DNA of 63,858 bases, the filler included, from Welwitschia mirabilis (Eukaryota): assembly GCA_051453625.1 (NCBI GenBank). It is 5 parts of one record of this genome, joined end to end, with 100 filler letters (N's around TTAATTAATTAA, not from the genome) between each part and the next. Parts side by side here need not be neighbours in the genome. Positions count along the whole stretch, not along the records: positions 46,087 to 53,252 come from JBOZIK010000001.1; positions 53,353 to 61,887 come from JBOZIK010000001.1; 3 more parts are not named here. The stretch is one strand, 5' to 3'. The position numbers and the translations under genes are program-made. Numbering within the stretch: position 1 is the first letter of the stretch; each line of letters starts with the position of its first letter. Below, piece by piece: positions 51,118 through 61,987 of this stretch. The notes under the pieces are model-generated. The model did no database searches. It was not told the origin of the DNA and was given only the letters and a program-made list of their open reading frames with translations.

Positions 51118-51890
51118 ATGAGTAAAAACATTAAAAAATTTAATGGAAGAAATTTTTACACATGACAAGTAAAAATGCAATTTTTGCTAATTAATAAAGG
51201 TATGTGGAAAGTAAAAAGTGGTAAATTACCAAAGCTAAAAGATCCAATAAAAACTAATAATTAGGAAGATAATGGGTAATAAGTCCTTTCTCTCATTGGA
51301 CTTGGTTTTGAGGATGGTTATCTTCATCATATTAACTTAAGTAAAAGCTCAAAAGAAGTCTGGGATGACTTGTGTAAATTATTTGTATTAAGTAGAAATG
51401 AAGCTAAATAAGAACTAAATCATCAAGTTTATAGTTTTAGAATGGAGGAATCAGAAGACATGAATCAACATGTAAATTAATTCAGATCACTTTTTTCATT
51501 ACCACAAATTCAAAGGTTGATGATGAAGATGCCAAATCCATTTTACTGAGTAGTCTTCATTCTTAATATGATCACAGATTCTTCACTCTAAAGAAGATTC
51601 CTTGTACCTTAGAAAGTACCATCTTTACACTCATTGAAGAACATAAAAGATGCATCAACAAGAACTCAAAGAAAGTGCTTTAATTTCATGAATGCAATAT
51701 TTTCATAAAAATAACATAATAGATGATAAAGAAAGGACAAAATGCAATTATTTCAATAAGCAAGGTCATATCTCAATAAACTACTTTCATTAAGTAAAGA
51801 ATTTACTTGATAAAAAATTAAATACTTCAAGCATGATGGCAGAAATAAGCAAAGAAGAAGAAACTTCTCAAGATATTGCTTCAAGCTTTT
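51118..51890 (+). pseudogene. Copia-type gag remnant (N-terminal motif, UBN2-like core, zinc knuckle)
   Basis: MSKNIKKFNGRNFYT*QVKMQFLLINKGMWKV, SKSSKEVWDDLCKLF, LLSSL and KCNYFNKQGH. Confidence 0.8.
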
Positions 51891-51915
51891 GAATGTTGGG
51901 TTTATCCCTTGCTGG

Positions 51916-52120
51916 GGTTAGTCCATATTACCATGGTTTATTCATATTATCATGGTTGGTCCACATTATGATGGTTAGTTCATATTATTGTGATTAGTCC
52001 ATATTATCATGGCCAGTCCATATTATCATCGTTAGTTTACATTATCATGGTTAGTCCACATTATCATGGTTGATCCATTTTATCGTAGTTAGTTTAATCT
52101 ATAATGGTTAGTTCATACTT
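51916..52120 (+). repeat. 19-bp tandem repeat, about 11 copies (consensus GGTTAGTCCATATTATCAT)
   Basis: Head-to-tail copies counted directly. Confidence 0.92.
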
Positions 52121-53252
52121 GATTATATATAGATTGCTATGCTAGAGTCATGTTCTAGCACTTTAATTGTGATGAAAATCTAATTTAATTGTGATGAAAA
52201 TCTAATTCTTAGATTTGTGGGGGTTTATTAGATATTTTTTTAAAATAGTTACAACCTCCCCCAATCTTCTCTCTTGTATCTTCCTCATCCTATTTCCTCT
52301 CCTATCCTCTCTTCTATTATTCCTTATCATTTTCATTTTAGTTGTAATAAGAGGATATTTAAACCCCTTATTGCATCATAAAAAAGTATGAGCTTAATTG
52401 AAAATCATTCCTTAGATTTTAGGCCTATGATTAGTGGAACCCAATTCACCTAGAAATTTTCAAAGAAGTTAAAATAAACATTCCTCTTTTAGAAGCCATC
52501 AAACAGGTCCCCTCTAATGCAAAATTCCTTAAGGATTATGTATTATAAAAATACTAATGGATGTTAAATCTAAAGTATTTTTAGCTCAACAAACAAGTGT
52601 GATTCTCCAAAACCAATTCCTACCAAGTATAAAGACCTTGGTTTTCCTATAATTATCATTATCATAGGTAACAAAAATATCAACCAAGTCTTATTGGATT
52701 TAGGAGCTAGTGTAAAGTTACTTCCTTATAAAACCTATAAGGATTAATGAAAATAGTACTTATCATGTTAGGAAGACCATTCTTAGCAACCTCTAATGTA
52801 TTAATCAATTATATGAATGGATTAATGAAAATTTCATTTGACACCACAACCATAGAGCTAAACATCTTTAATGCTGTGAAGTTGTTATCAAATGATGAAG
52901 GGTTAGAGTACATAGATAGGATAGAAAGCCTTGTTGAGGATTAGAAATCCACTTCTCATTCTTCCAAAAATAATGAAATAGAATTCTCTTAAGAAACTTT
53001 CCCCATAACCTAAAATGAAGTTGACTTAGAAGTTAAACACTTAACTAATAATCTGAAATAAGCTTTTTTATGGGATGACTCCACCTTCCTGATAGTCATA
53101 AACACTTCCTTAATCTCATTCACAGAACAATAATGGCTTAGACTCTTAAGGAAAAATAAAAAGGCAATAGTATGAACCCTCTCTAACATTAGAGAAATTG
53201 ATCCTAGTATTTGCATGCACCATATTCATTTAGAGAAAAATGTCAAACCATC

Positions 53253-53352
53253 NNNNNNNNNNNNNNNNNNNNNNNNNNNNNNNNNNNNNNNNNNNNTTAA
53301 TTAATTAANNNNNNNNNNNNNNNNNNNNNNNNNNNNNNNNNNNNNNNNNNNN
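53253..53352. other. Artificial scaffold linker
   Basis: N run with central TTAATTAATTAA at 53297-53308. Confidence 0.95.
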
Positions 53353-54240
53353 AAATGACTTTGCAAAACTAATGAGTTTTGAATTTGAAATGAACATGGT
53401 CGGACCTATAAAGATGTTTTTGGGTTTATAAATTCAACAATATGAACATGGTATTTCTATAAATCAAAATAAATATATCTTAGATTTAATAAAGAAATTC
53501 AAATTAGAAAATGTAAAATATATGGACTCTTCAATGGCTACAAATGCTAAACTTTCTCTAGATGTAAATGGCAAGGATGTGGATCAAAAAATCTATCATA
53601 GTATTATTGAAAGTCTATTATATCTAATATATAGTCATCCTAATATTGCTTTTAGTGTTGGTTTGTATGCTAGGTATCAAAGCAAACCAAAGAAATCACA
53701 TCTTACTACTGCAAAGAGAATACTTCACTATGTAAAAGATACTCTAGACTTTGGCTTATGGTTTTCAAATGATACTCCTTTAAACTTAATAGGTTATAGC
53801 AATGCGAATTAGGTCAAATGCAAAAATGATTGCAAGAGCATGAGTGATGGATGATTTTTCTTTGGGAATTATCCCACCATCTGGTATAGCAAGAAACAAT
53901 GCTCCATATCTCTTTTTACAGCTGAAGCTAATTATATAGCCACTGGAGCATATTGCACTTAGAATTTATGGATGAAAGAGATCTTGAAGGATTATGGCTT
54001 TAACATCACAGAAGTACCAACCCTATGTGATAACTCAAGTATCATTCAAATCAGTTACAACCTAGTTCAACACACTCACACAAAGTACCTCGATATCAGG
54101 TACCATTTTATTCAAGAATTAGTAGAAAAGAAAATCATTTATTTAGAATATATGTGTACTGAAGATTAACTGGTCGATATCTTTACAAAACCCTCATCAT
54201 TGGATCATTTTTTAACTCTTCGTTATTTTCTAGGTATTTA
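53353..54240 (+). pseudogene. Copia RT C-terminus and RNase H remnant
   Basis: EFEMNMVG, SLLYLIYSHPNIAFSVGLYARYQSKPKKSHLTTAKRILHYVK, TAEANYIA, CDNSSII, HTKYLDIRYHFI and LVDIFTKP. Confidence 0.95.
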
Positions 54241-54845
54241 GTCTAAAAAGGACTTGCCAAACCCAGCCTCATATGAATAATAAAGTTTAGTTAAGGGGTT
54301 CAAATTTTTAATTATTATATAAGTTTTAACCTTAGTCGACCTCCTTTTTCAAGTAGGGCGACCACTTGTCTTTCAGTTTTCTTACTGTTAAACTTTTTTT
54401 TACTAGGTTGACTAACTATAACATTAGGTCGATTAGTTTAGTTCTAGTTTTTTCCTATAATATCTTGTAGCAACTTGGTCGACTAAATAATTTCCTTCGA
54501 TCGACTTCTTTAAGTGTTGTTTCCAATTATATGGGTCAACCTCATCTTGCTTCTAGGTCAACCAAGTTTGATTTGGTTTCAACTGTCAGATTCTCTTCTT
54601 GCAAGGTCAACCACATATGTATTTGGGTCGATAGCCATCTTACTATTTAAGTTTATAAATCTTTATATGGGTTGACCAACCTTATGATCGGTTGCTTGTG
54701 TTTAAGGTGGTGCACCGTGGATTTTTTAAATCCGCCAGCCCTTTATCTTTGTCCTCATTGTCTTTTCTTCTTCTGTCATTTTCTAAGATTTTGAGAGGCC
54801 TTCTTCAACTTTTCCCATACTTTTTCTCTCAAATCTAAGCTTAAA

Positions 54846-55409
54846 ATGGCATTTCAGCAACCAAGAGAGGGATCTAGAAAGAGAAGAAAGGAGGTAGTTG
54901 TCAAACCTCCAAGTTATGTATTCTACAGGATGAACACTTAGCAACTGAGGCATTTTGAAAAGCATTTTGAGACCAGCCCTATGGCCTTGGAAAGAACCTG
55001 TGAGTCCATGCAATTTCTAAGCCTAAGGGAGGTCTAGACTTTGCTAGAAGAGGTCAATTAGGGATATTTTCTTCATGTCTTTGGCACCTACTACCCTCTG
55101 GTAACCAGGTTATTTTATTAAAATGCTAGATTTGATGCCTCTCAATCCACTTTCATTACTTCAGTCTTTAGCCAAGAAATGTGCATCACTGCAGATCTCA
55201 TAGCTTGCCTCACTAGACTTCCCAGAGGGAACTGGGATGAATATTAATCTATGATTAAATCCTTTGAGGACAAGAATGTAGCCACTCACCATGTTTGTGA
55301 CACTCACATCACTTAGAAGAAGACACTTAAAGCTTCCCAGCTTCTTCTAAGATTTTGTCTATTATACCTCATTATGTCATATAACTTTTTACCAATTGCT
55401 AGGCACATN
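54846..55409 (+). pseudogene. Extra (env-like) ORF remnant of the Sirevirus-type element
   Basis: MAFQQPREGSRKRRK...YYPLVTRLFY*NARFD...SVFSQEMCITADLIACLTRLP in one frame with a few stops; runs into an N gap. Confidence 0.65.
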
Positions 55410-56023
55410 NNNNNNNNNNNNNNNNNNNNNNNNNNNNNNNNNNNNNNNNNNNNNNNNNNNNNNNNNNNNNNNNNNNNNNNNNNNNNNNNNNNNNNNNNNN
55501 NNNNNNNNNNNNNNNNNNNNNNNNNNNNNNNNNNNNNNNNNNNNNNNNNNNNNNNNNNNNNNNNNNNNNNNNNNNNNNNNNNNNNNNNNNNNNNNNNNNN
55601 NNNNNNNNNNNNNNNNNNNNNNNNNNNNNNNNNNNNNNNNNNNNNNNNNNNNNNNNNNNNNNNNNNNNNNNNNNNNNNNNNNNNNNNNNNNNNNNNNNNN
55701 NNNNNNNNNNNNNNNNNNNNNNNNNNNNNNNNNNNNNNNNNNNNNNNNNNNNNNNNNNNNNNNNNNNNNNNNNNNNNNNNNNNNNNNNNNNNNNNNNNNN
55801 NNNNNNNNNNNNNNNNNNNNNNNNNNNNNNNNNNNNNNNNNNNNNNNNNNNNNNNNNNNNNNNNNNNNNNNNNNNNNNNNNNNNNNNNNNNNNNNNNNNN
55901 NNNNNNNNACTTTCTTTCATGAAAAACTCATTTAAATTTAATCAATTTTGAAGTTAAATGAGTTAGAGGGAGAACCCATATGTTAAATTATGTTTTTCCT
56001 CAACCAATGATAAAGGGGAAGTT

Positions 56024-57272
56024 TGTGGAGCACCTATTATCATTAATTAAATTAACAACGTTTTGTAGTTAGTCCATTGTGCAGAGATTCCCCAGCACCA
56101 GGCGACCAACTCTTAAGACTGAGAGATCAACCTATTAAAGAACTATGATACTACTTTAGAATCATGTAATCACACACATAACATCGAGTAACCGAACTTA
56201 TGCAGACTAACAAAATGACTGGTTGAAGAACGGGCAACCAAGTGTATCATACCGAGTAACCGATCTGACACATCAGGAAGAAGACTGGTTCAATAATGGG
56301 TGATCAAAAACTCATATTCGAGTAACCCTGTTTGAGCCTGTGTATAAGAGCTAGGGCAAATATGAGTGACTGCTAAATAGACACGGGGAACCGCATTGTA
56401 ATCTATGAAATTTAGTCTGATTACAGAATAGGTGACTGACTAATTCAGACAGTTGATCGCATGATAACTAGTAAATCTTGAATCTGGTAAATTTAAGGGC
56501 AAACAAAGGACGTAATTATAGGTTATCACATTCTACCCAGAATCTATTCTCATAAGGTCAACTGAGTAATAAATGTTAGGATAACCAAGGTAAAGGTCGA
56601 CCATATACAAACATAAGGATGAACAAATATGCACCTGTTCTGTACTTAGAAATCTACGATAAAGAAGGGCAACCAAAGATTAGTAATAAGGGTGACTACA
56701 GGTTCAGGCAACCAAGTACTATATCAAGGTTAACTATACAAAGTAAAAATGCAACTGTTATGATTTTAACAGTTTATCAAAAAGAACGCAATGGTTTATT
56801 AAAAGTGTAACGGTTCGCTTCATCCTGATAAAACAGTTACTTTGTGCATCTTTAATATTTAAGTTCTCTTCTAATCAAAAGAGACAGATATTTTTTTCTT
56901 ATAAGATTAAAGATTAAAAAAAAGAACTGTAATACTTTTTAATCATTGTATTTGAGCTAGTTTTAAGTTCGGATTTCTGATTGAATCTACCATTGCTCCT
57001 ACTTAGAAGAAGAGATTGTTATAAGGATCAACCATAAAATCCTTTATGATTATGAAAGGTTATTTGATAAGCCTAAAAACCATTATTGGAAACTAATATA
57101 TGCCATCCAAGGACAAGGAGTCTAAGGAGCTGAAAGGTGGTTCCTATCCATCATTGAATATCTTGTTTTTGTATTGCTTTTCTACTTGTCTTATTTTCAA
57201 GTTGTGAAGAACAAATAAATTGATTTTTTAAAGGCCTATTCACCCCCCTCTAGGGTTGATACTCTACTTTTA
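56024..57272 (+). repeat. 3' LTR of the Sirevirus-type element
   Basis: TG after the PPT TAAAGGGGAAG, internal ~67 bp repeats, C-rich terminal motif at 57236-57254. End approximate. Confidence 0.8.
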
Positions 57273-58213
57273 AATTTAAAGATATCTAATTTACTTCAAC
57301 TATTGGAATATGTCTACTAAATTGAAGATGTGTGTGCTAAACTGAAAGAGGTGATAAAGATCAATTCTATCATGATGAATTATTTACATTCAAGAGGATT
57401 AATAAATTTTTACATGATAAATTTGTGATTCCTAAGGATCAGAAATATAGCAGTTCATGGCTTATTGAAATTAGGTAGCTTGACTAAATACTTTTTCTAG
57501 GATGAAGATGTCTATCTAATAGAGACGTCTACTACATTGAAGACATTTATCCCAAAAAGTTAATGAAAAATAAAATAGTTGTTAAATGATTAAATCTTAG
57601 CTATTTATAGCTATTACATAGCATTTAAATGATTCTAAATGACTATCTAAGTAGGGTAAAGGCTAAGAAGACTTCTCAAGCATAAAAGATTAAAAGTGTA
57701 AAGAAGAAAGGATTACTCATTTGGGTGATTGACATTACACATGAAGAATTCTATGTTCTTGATAAAGAGAACCATTTGCTGAAGACATTTTTTATTTATG
57801 GCTCTTCCACTATGACATACTCTTATCTTGGATATTCATGGATGATTACATCAAGGAGAACTCAAGCTTTCATTAAAGTAACATATCTTAAGCCTGTTGT
57901 TTATTCTTTACATTGTTTATTGGCACTTTATTATAGGACTATCAAAATATTAACTTCATTCTTTCTAGTCCATAAATTGTAAGAGTTATTTTTTACTGAT
58001 ATCCCTTGCTTGAGGATTTTAAATTGTAAGGCAAAGCTTGTACAGTTGTGCTTCTTTAGATGCTTAAGAGCATGACTTATATTTGATCCATTGCAATCCT
58101 TAAGGAGAAGAGATTGTTGTCTTATATGAAGCATCTTATTTGTACATAAGATCAGTCATGTTCTAGAACCACTATTTTTATACATTAAGGATATCTAAAG
58201 GTGTAAAAGAAAG

Positions 58214-61200
58214 CGTTGCGATGCGTATTTTTACAACTTCACATCTTACTCCAAATCNNNNNNNNNNNNNNNNNNNNNNNNNNNNNNNNNNNNNNNNNNN
58301 NNNNNNNNNNNNNNNNNNNNNNNNNNNNNNNNNNNNNNNNNNNNNNNNNNNNNNNNNAAAGAAAGCGTTGCGATGCGTATTTTTACAACTTCACATCTTA
58401 CTCCAAATCCTGTTAATCAATATATATATAAATTTCAAAATGCACATTCTAGTATGAATGGGAGTAACCTAAATGTTGTAACCCATCAAAGACTTATAAG
58501 AAAAGAATGAGAATTGATTTTTAAAAATAATACACTAACCAAACTTAAAAACAATGCAAAAAATAAAGATGAGATGCAAATGCGAGTGTAACTAAATCTA
58601 AATGCAATGCAAATTGAATCTAAAACTACTTTCTTCAGTCTTAATAAAGGTTGCCTTAAGACCTATATTCTTAATGAAATTATTACCAGATTAAGGATAA
58701 CATAAGGAAAATATAACAGAACTAAATGCACAAATGAAATAGAGTTTTATATTAGAATGAAACCAGCATCTAGGTTATAAAATACCCAGGCCTCAATAGA
58801 GGATGCACAGCCCTTTACCAAGGAATATCTTTATATAACTCACAAGATAGATCTCTTGTCCTTTGATCTCCTGTCATTAGATTATCTGGTGCATCTAAGA
58901 TGAAGAGAAAAGTTGAAAGGGGGTCTTATTTATAGGGTTCAAAATTAAAACTGACATATAANNNNNNNNNNNNNNNNNNNNNNNNNNNNNNNNNNNNNNN
59001 NNNNNNNNNNNNNNNNNNNNNNNNNNNNNNNNNNNNNNNNNNNNNNNNNNNNNNNNNNNNNNNNNNNNNNNNNNNNNNNNNNNNNNNNNNNNNNNNNNNN
59101 NNNNNNNNNNNNNNNNNNNNNNNNNNNNNNNNNNNNNNNNNNNNNNNNNNNNNNNNNNNNNNNNNNNNNNNNNNNNNNNNNNNNNNNNNNNNNNNNNNNN
59201 NNNNNNNNNNNNNNNNNNNNNNNNNNNNNNNNNNNNNNNNNNNNNNNNNNNNNNNNNNNNNNNNNNNNNNNNNNNNNNNNNNNNNNNNNNNNNNNNNNNN
59301 NNNNNNNNNNNNNNNNNNNNNNNNNNNNNNNNNNNNNNNNNNNNNNNNNNNNNNNNNNNNNNNNNNNNNNNNNNNNNNNNNNNNNNNNNNNNNNNNNNNN
59401 NNNNNNNNNNNNNNNNNNNNNNNNNNNNNNNNNNNNNNNNNNNNNNNNNNNNNNNNNNNNNNNNNNNNNNCATTATATTTGTTGTCCTTCATGTCCTGGG
59501 AATGACCATGGGAATAACATCTCTTTAAAAAAGATGACTCAGCAGTGCTAGCTCCAATCCACGTCAGCATCGAATGTGGCATTTATAGTGTTATTATCCT
59601 ATCATGGGAATGATAGAAGGGATGACAATCTTCTTTATTCTTCTAAATGAGGAGAAGGTATCCTTTTTCATTAGTGATCTTCCTTCAAAGCCATGTATAT
59701 CAGAATGTGCCTTAAACATCTCTAATCATGCCAAGAATTGCACATCTCTAGGATCTTCCATCAATTCTTCATAATTATCATAATTACATCTAAACCTATA
59801 TAGATGTCCTAAAAAATAGCTTATAAAACCCCATCAAATACACATAATTTACCAGCACATCTTAGACTCCCACTTAGTCTTTATCGGTTCTTGAAAAATA
59901 CCTAGTAAGCAAATATAATTACAAGCTAATTGTCTTAAAAAATCAATCTAAAATTATAAAATAGGCTAATAAATAATCTAAAATGCATCACATAGCAAAA
60001 TAACATGTAATTCATCATGTGTATGAAGTGAGAATTTCAAAAATTATGTCTCATGAAACCTCTAAAATAACTCAAAAAATTATGAAAAATGGGTTCTACC
60101 CTCCCTCAAGAAAACCAGTATGTCCCATATTGGCTAGTGAAGCAAAAGAAGTAGACAGGAATAAGAAGGAAGGTAATGGGTATTTTGAATTTATACAATT
60201 GATGAATTAAGTGCAAACTAAGTGTATAAATGTCAAATTTGAAAAATAAGATTTATGAAATATTCTGACAAGCATGGAAAGTGTGAACAATGAAAATATA
60301 CTAAGCAGAATAAAAAAGATCCATGAATGTCCAACAAAGGTACCACCATAAAAATGATTAAGAGTAGCATTTAGAACTCTAAAAGACTAAAAAAATCACA
60401 AAATTGTTAAGAAATTCATCTAAGTAAGAAATCAACTCTTTATTAAAAACTACATAATGAAAGCATTAAATGTTAAGGTCCTAAAATGATAAGAAAATAT
60501 GGAAATGTCTTTGAAACAACTAACTGAACAATGGAAGAAAATAAAAAGAATGGACATAAGGCAACATAAATAAGATAGCCTTCCTACCTTGAATATTAAA
60601 CTAGTAGACTCATGTAAAATAAATCATAACATCACTTGATTTAAAAATGCATGACTTGATGTATAAAAAATTTCATCTGATAAGGTAGTGGTTATGACGA
60701 TGCTAAAAAAATCAAATGCTTCAAACAATAAACGATAAGATCAAAGAGTTTATCAAAACTAAACTTACCTACCTACATCTTAAAACAAACACTTGGATCC
60801 TTAGAAATGAAATGATCATGTGGAAAAACTAAGAGTCTAGGAAAAAAGCAATGCATCTAATAAAACCAAAAACACCATTGGTTCCATAGCCTCCAAATTT
60901 TTAATTTATTATCTAAATATCCATGAGAAGGGAGTATAACCACAGCCAGAGACATAAGGACCCATGAAGCATGGCCAACCAACCTCCTAGCAGAGCTCTC
61001 ATAGCTACCATATTACACTGCCAAAGGCTCCTCTTAAGAATATTTACCATAGTATACATGTGGTAAGACATCATGGTGACCATGTCTTTAAGCTATCTCA
61101 AATATACAACAACATGGTCTTTTTTCACTTTTTTTTTGTTTACATAAATGAAACATTCCACATGACCAAATACTCCAAAAGATAAAAGTAAAGTAATAAG

Positions 61201-61887
61201 ATAAAAGATAGAAAAAACACCCTTAAATAATCTAAGACCTTTTCATTATTGACAAAAAAAATAAAAAATAAAGCATCTTTCTTCAAACTAAAGTTCATAG
61301 ACATGTGAATGTTTTAAGAGCAAATGAATCGAATCTTACCACTGTAAAATGTCAAGTCAAAGATTAGTTATGGAAATAAATACATAAGTCATGTTTTAAA
61401 GATAATCAAGTGATATAATAATGGCCTCAAAAGCAAAAAGATAAGAGAAAATTTAGATAATAATAGGGAAGAAGTCCTCCTCATCGAAGAAAACCTCTAA
61501 GATCAGTGCTTCTATAATGTTTAATTAGAATGTTGCTCATATATTTTCAACCTTTACCCATTAACTTTCTGAATTTCTTTACTAGTTAAGTCAGAAGTCT
61601 TAATAGAGCCATTAGAATGTGCTTTCTTAAAAAGGTAAGGACCTAATCATAGATTAATTTATTACTTAAAAACCAATATCAAAATCATAAAAACATAAGA
61701 GCAAAAAGAAAACATCAAAGCAAGCAAATTTTATTCAAATCCTAAAATCTATTTAACACTTTTATTAAAAAGGAAGAAAAAGGGAAGGATTTGGTTTGAT
61801 GATCTCAGGACATTGCATTCTTTCAGAGAAATAAGGCCTAAATCAAATATTCACTAGTTGATAAAACATAAAAGGTATACAATTATT
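58214..61887 (-). mobile_element. 3' end of a gypsy element (LTR ~58214-59862, PPT, 3'UTR, integrase tail)
   Basis: LTR homologous to those at 29617 and 37995, PPT complement TAGACTCCCACTT at 59863-59875, 3'UTR collinear with 41.9-43.0 kb. Confidence 0.8.
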
Positions 61888-61987
61888 NNNNNNNNNNNNN
61901 NNNNNNNNNNNNNNNNNNNNNNNNNNNNNNNTTAATTAATTAANNNNNNNNNNNNNNNNNNNNNNNNNNNNNNNNNNNNNNNNNNNN
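61888..61987. other. Artificial scaffold linker
   Basis: N run with central TTAATTAATTAA at 61932-61943. Confidence 0.95.

Larger units (their letters stand above)
49650..52448 (+). mobile_element. Small gag-only Ty1/copia-type LTR element with ~230 bp LTRs
   Basis: Direct repeats 49650-49880 and 52226-~52448, tRNA-Met PBS remnant TCGTATCAGAG at 49882, PPT-like AGATTTGTGGGGG at 52211-52223, copia gag inside and no pol. Confidence 0.85.
46087..53252 (+). mobile_element. 5' part of a gypsy element (UTR, gag, protease) interrupted by a nested copia-type element
   Basis: gag remnant DALKLILLSFSLKEKAK near 48260, HPNFSW near 48990, VKINIPLLEAIKQVP at ~52470, protease VLLDLGASV at ~52690 and IMLGRPFLATSN in ORF 52747..52944. 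Confidence 0.85.
53353..57272 (+). mobile_element. 3' half of a Sirevirus (SIRE)-type Ty1/copia element: pol end, extra ORF, PPTs, 3' LTR
   Basis: Copia RT/RNase H, ORF remnant from 54846, PPTs at ~55964 and ~56012, LTR 56024-~57272 ending in the Sirevirus-type motif CTATTCACCCCCCTCTAGG. Confidence 0.85.

Noticed and set aside
57273-58200. Possible coding remnant (ORFs 57725..57982 and 57931..58134)
   Set aside because: No motif I can assign; probably decayed TE sequence.
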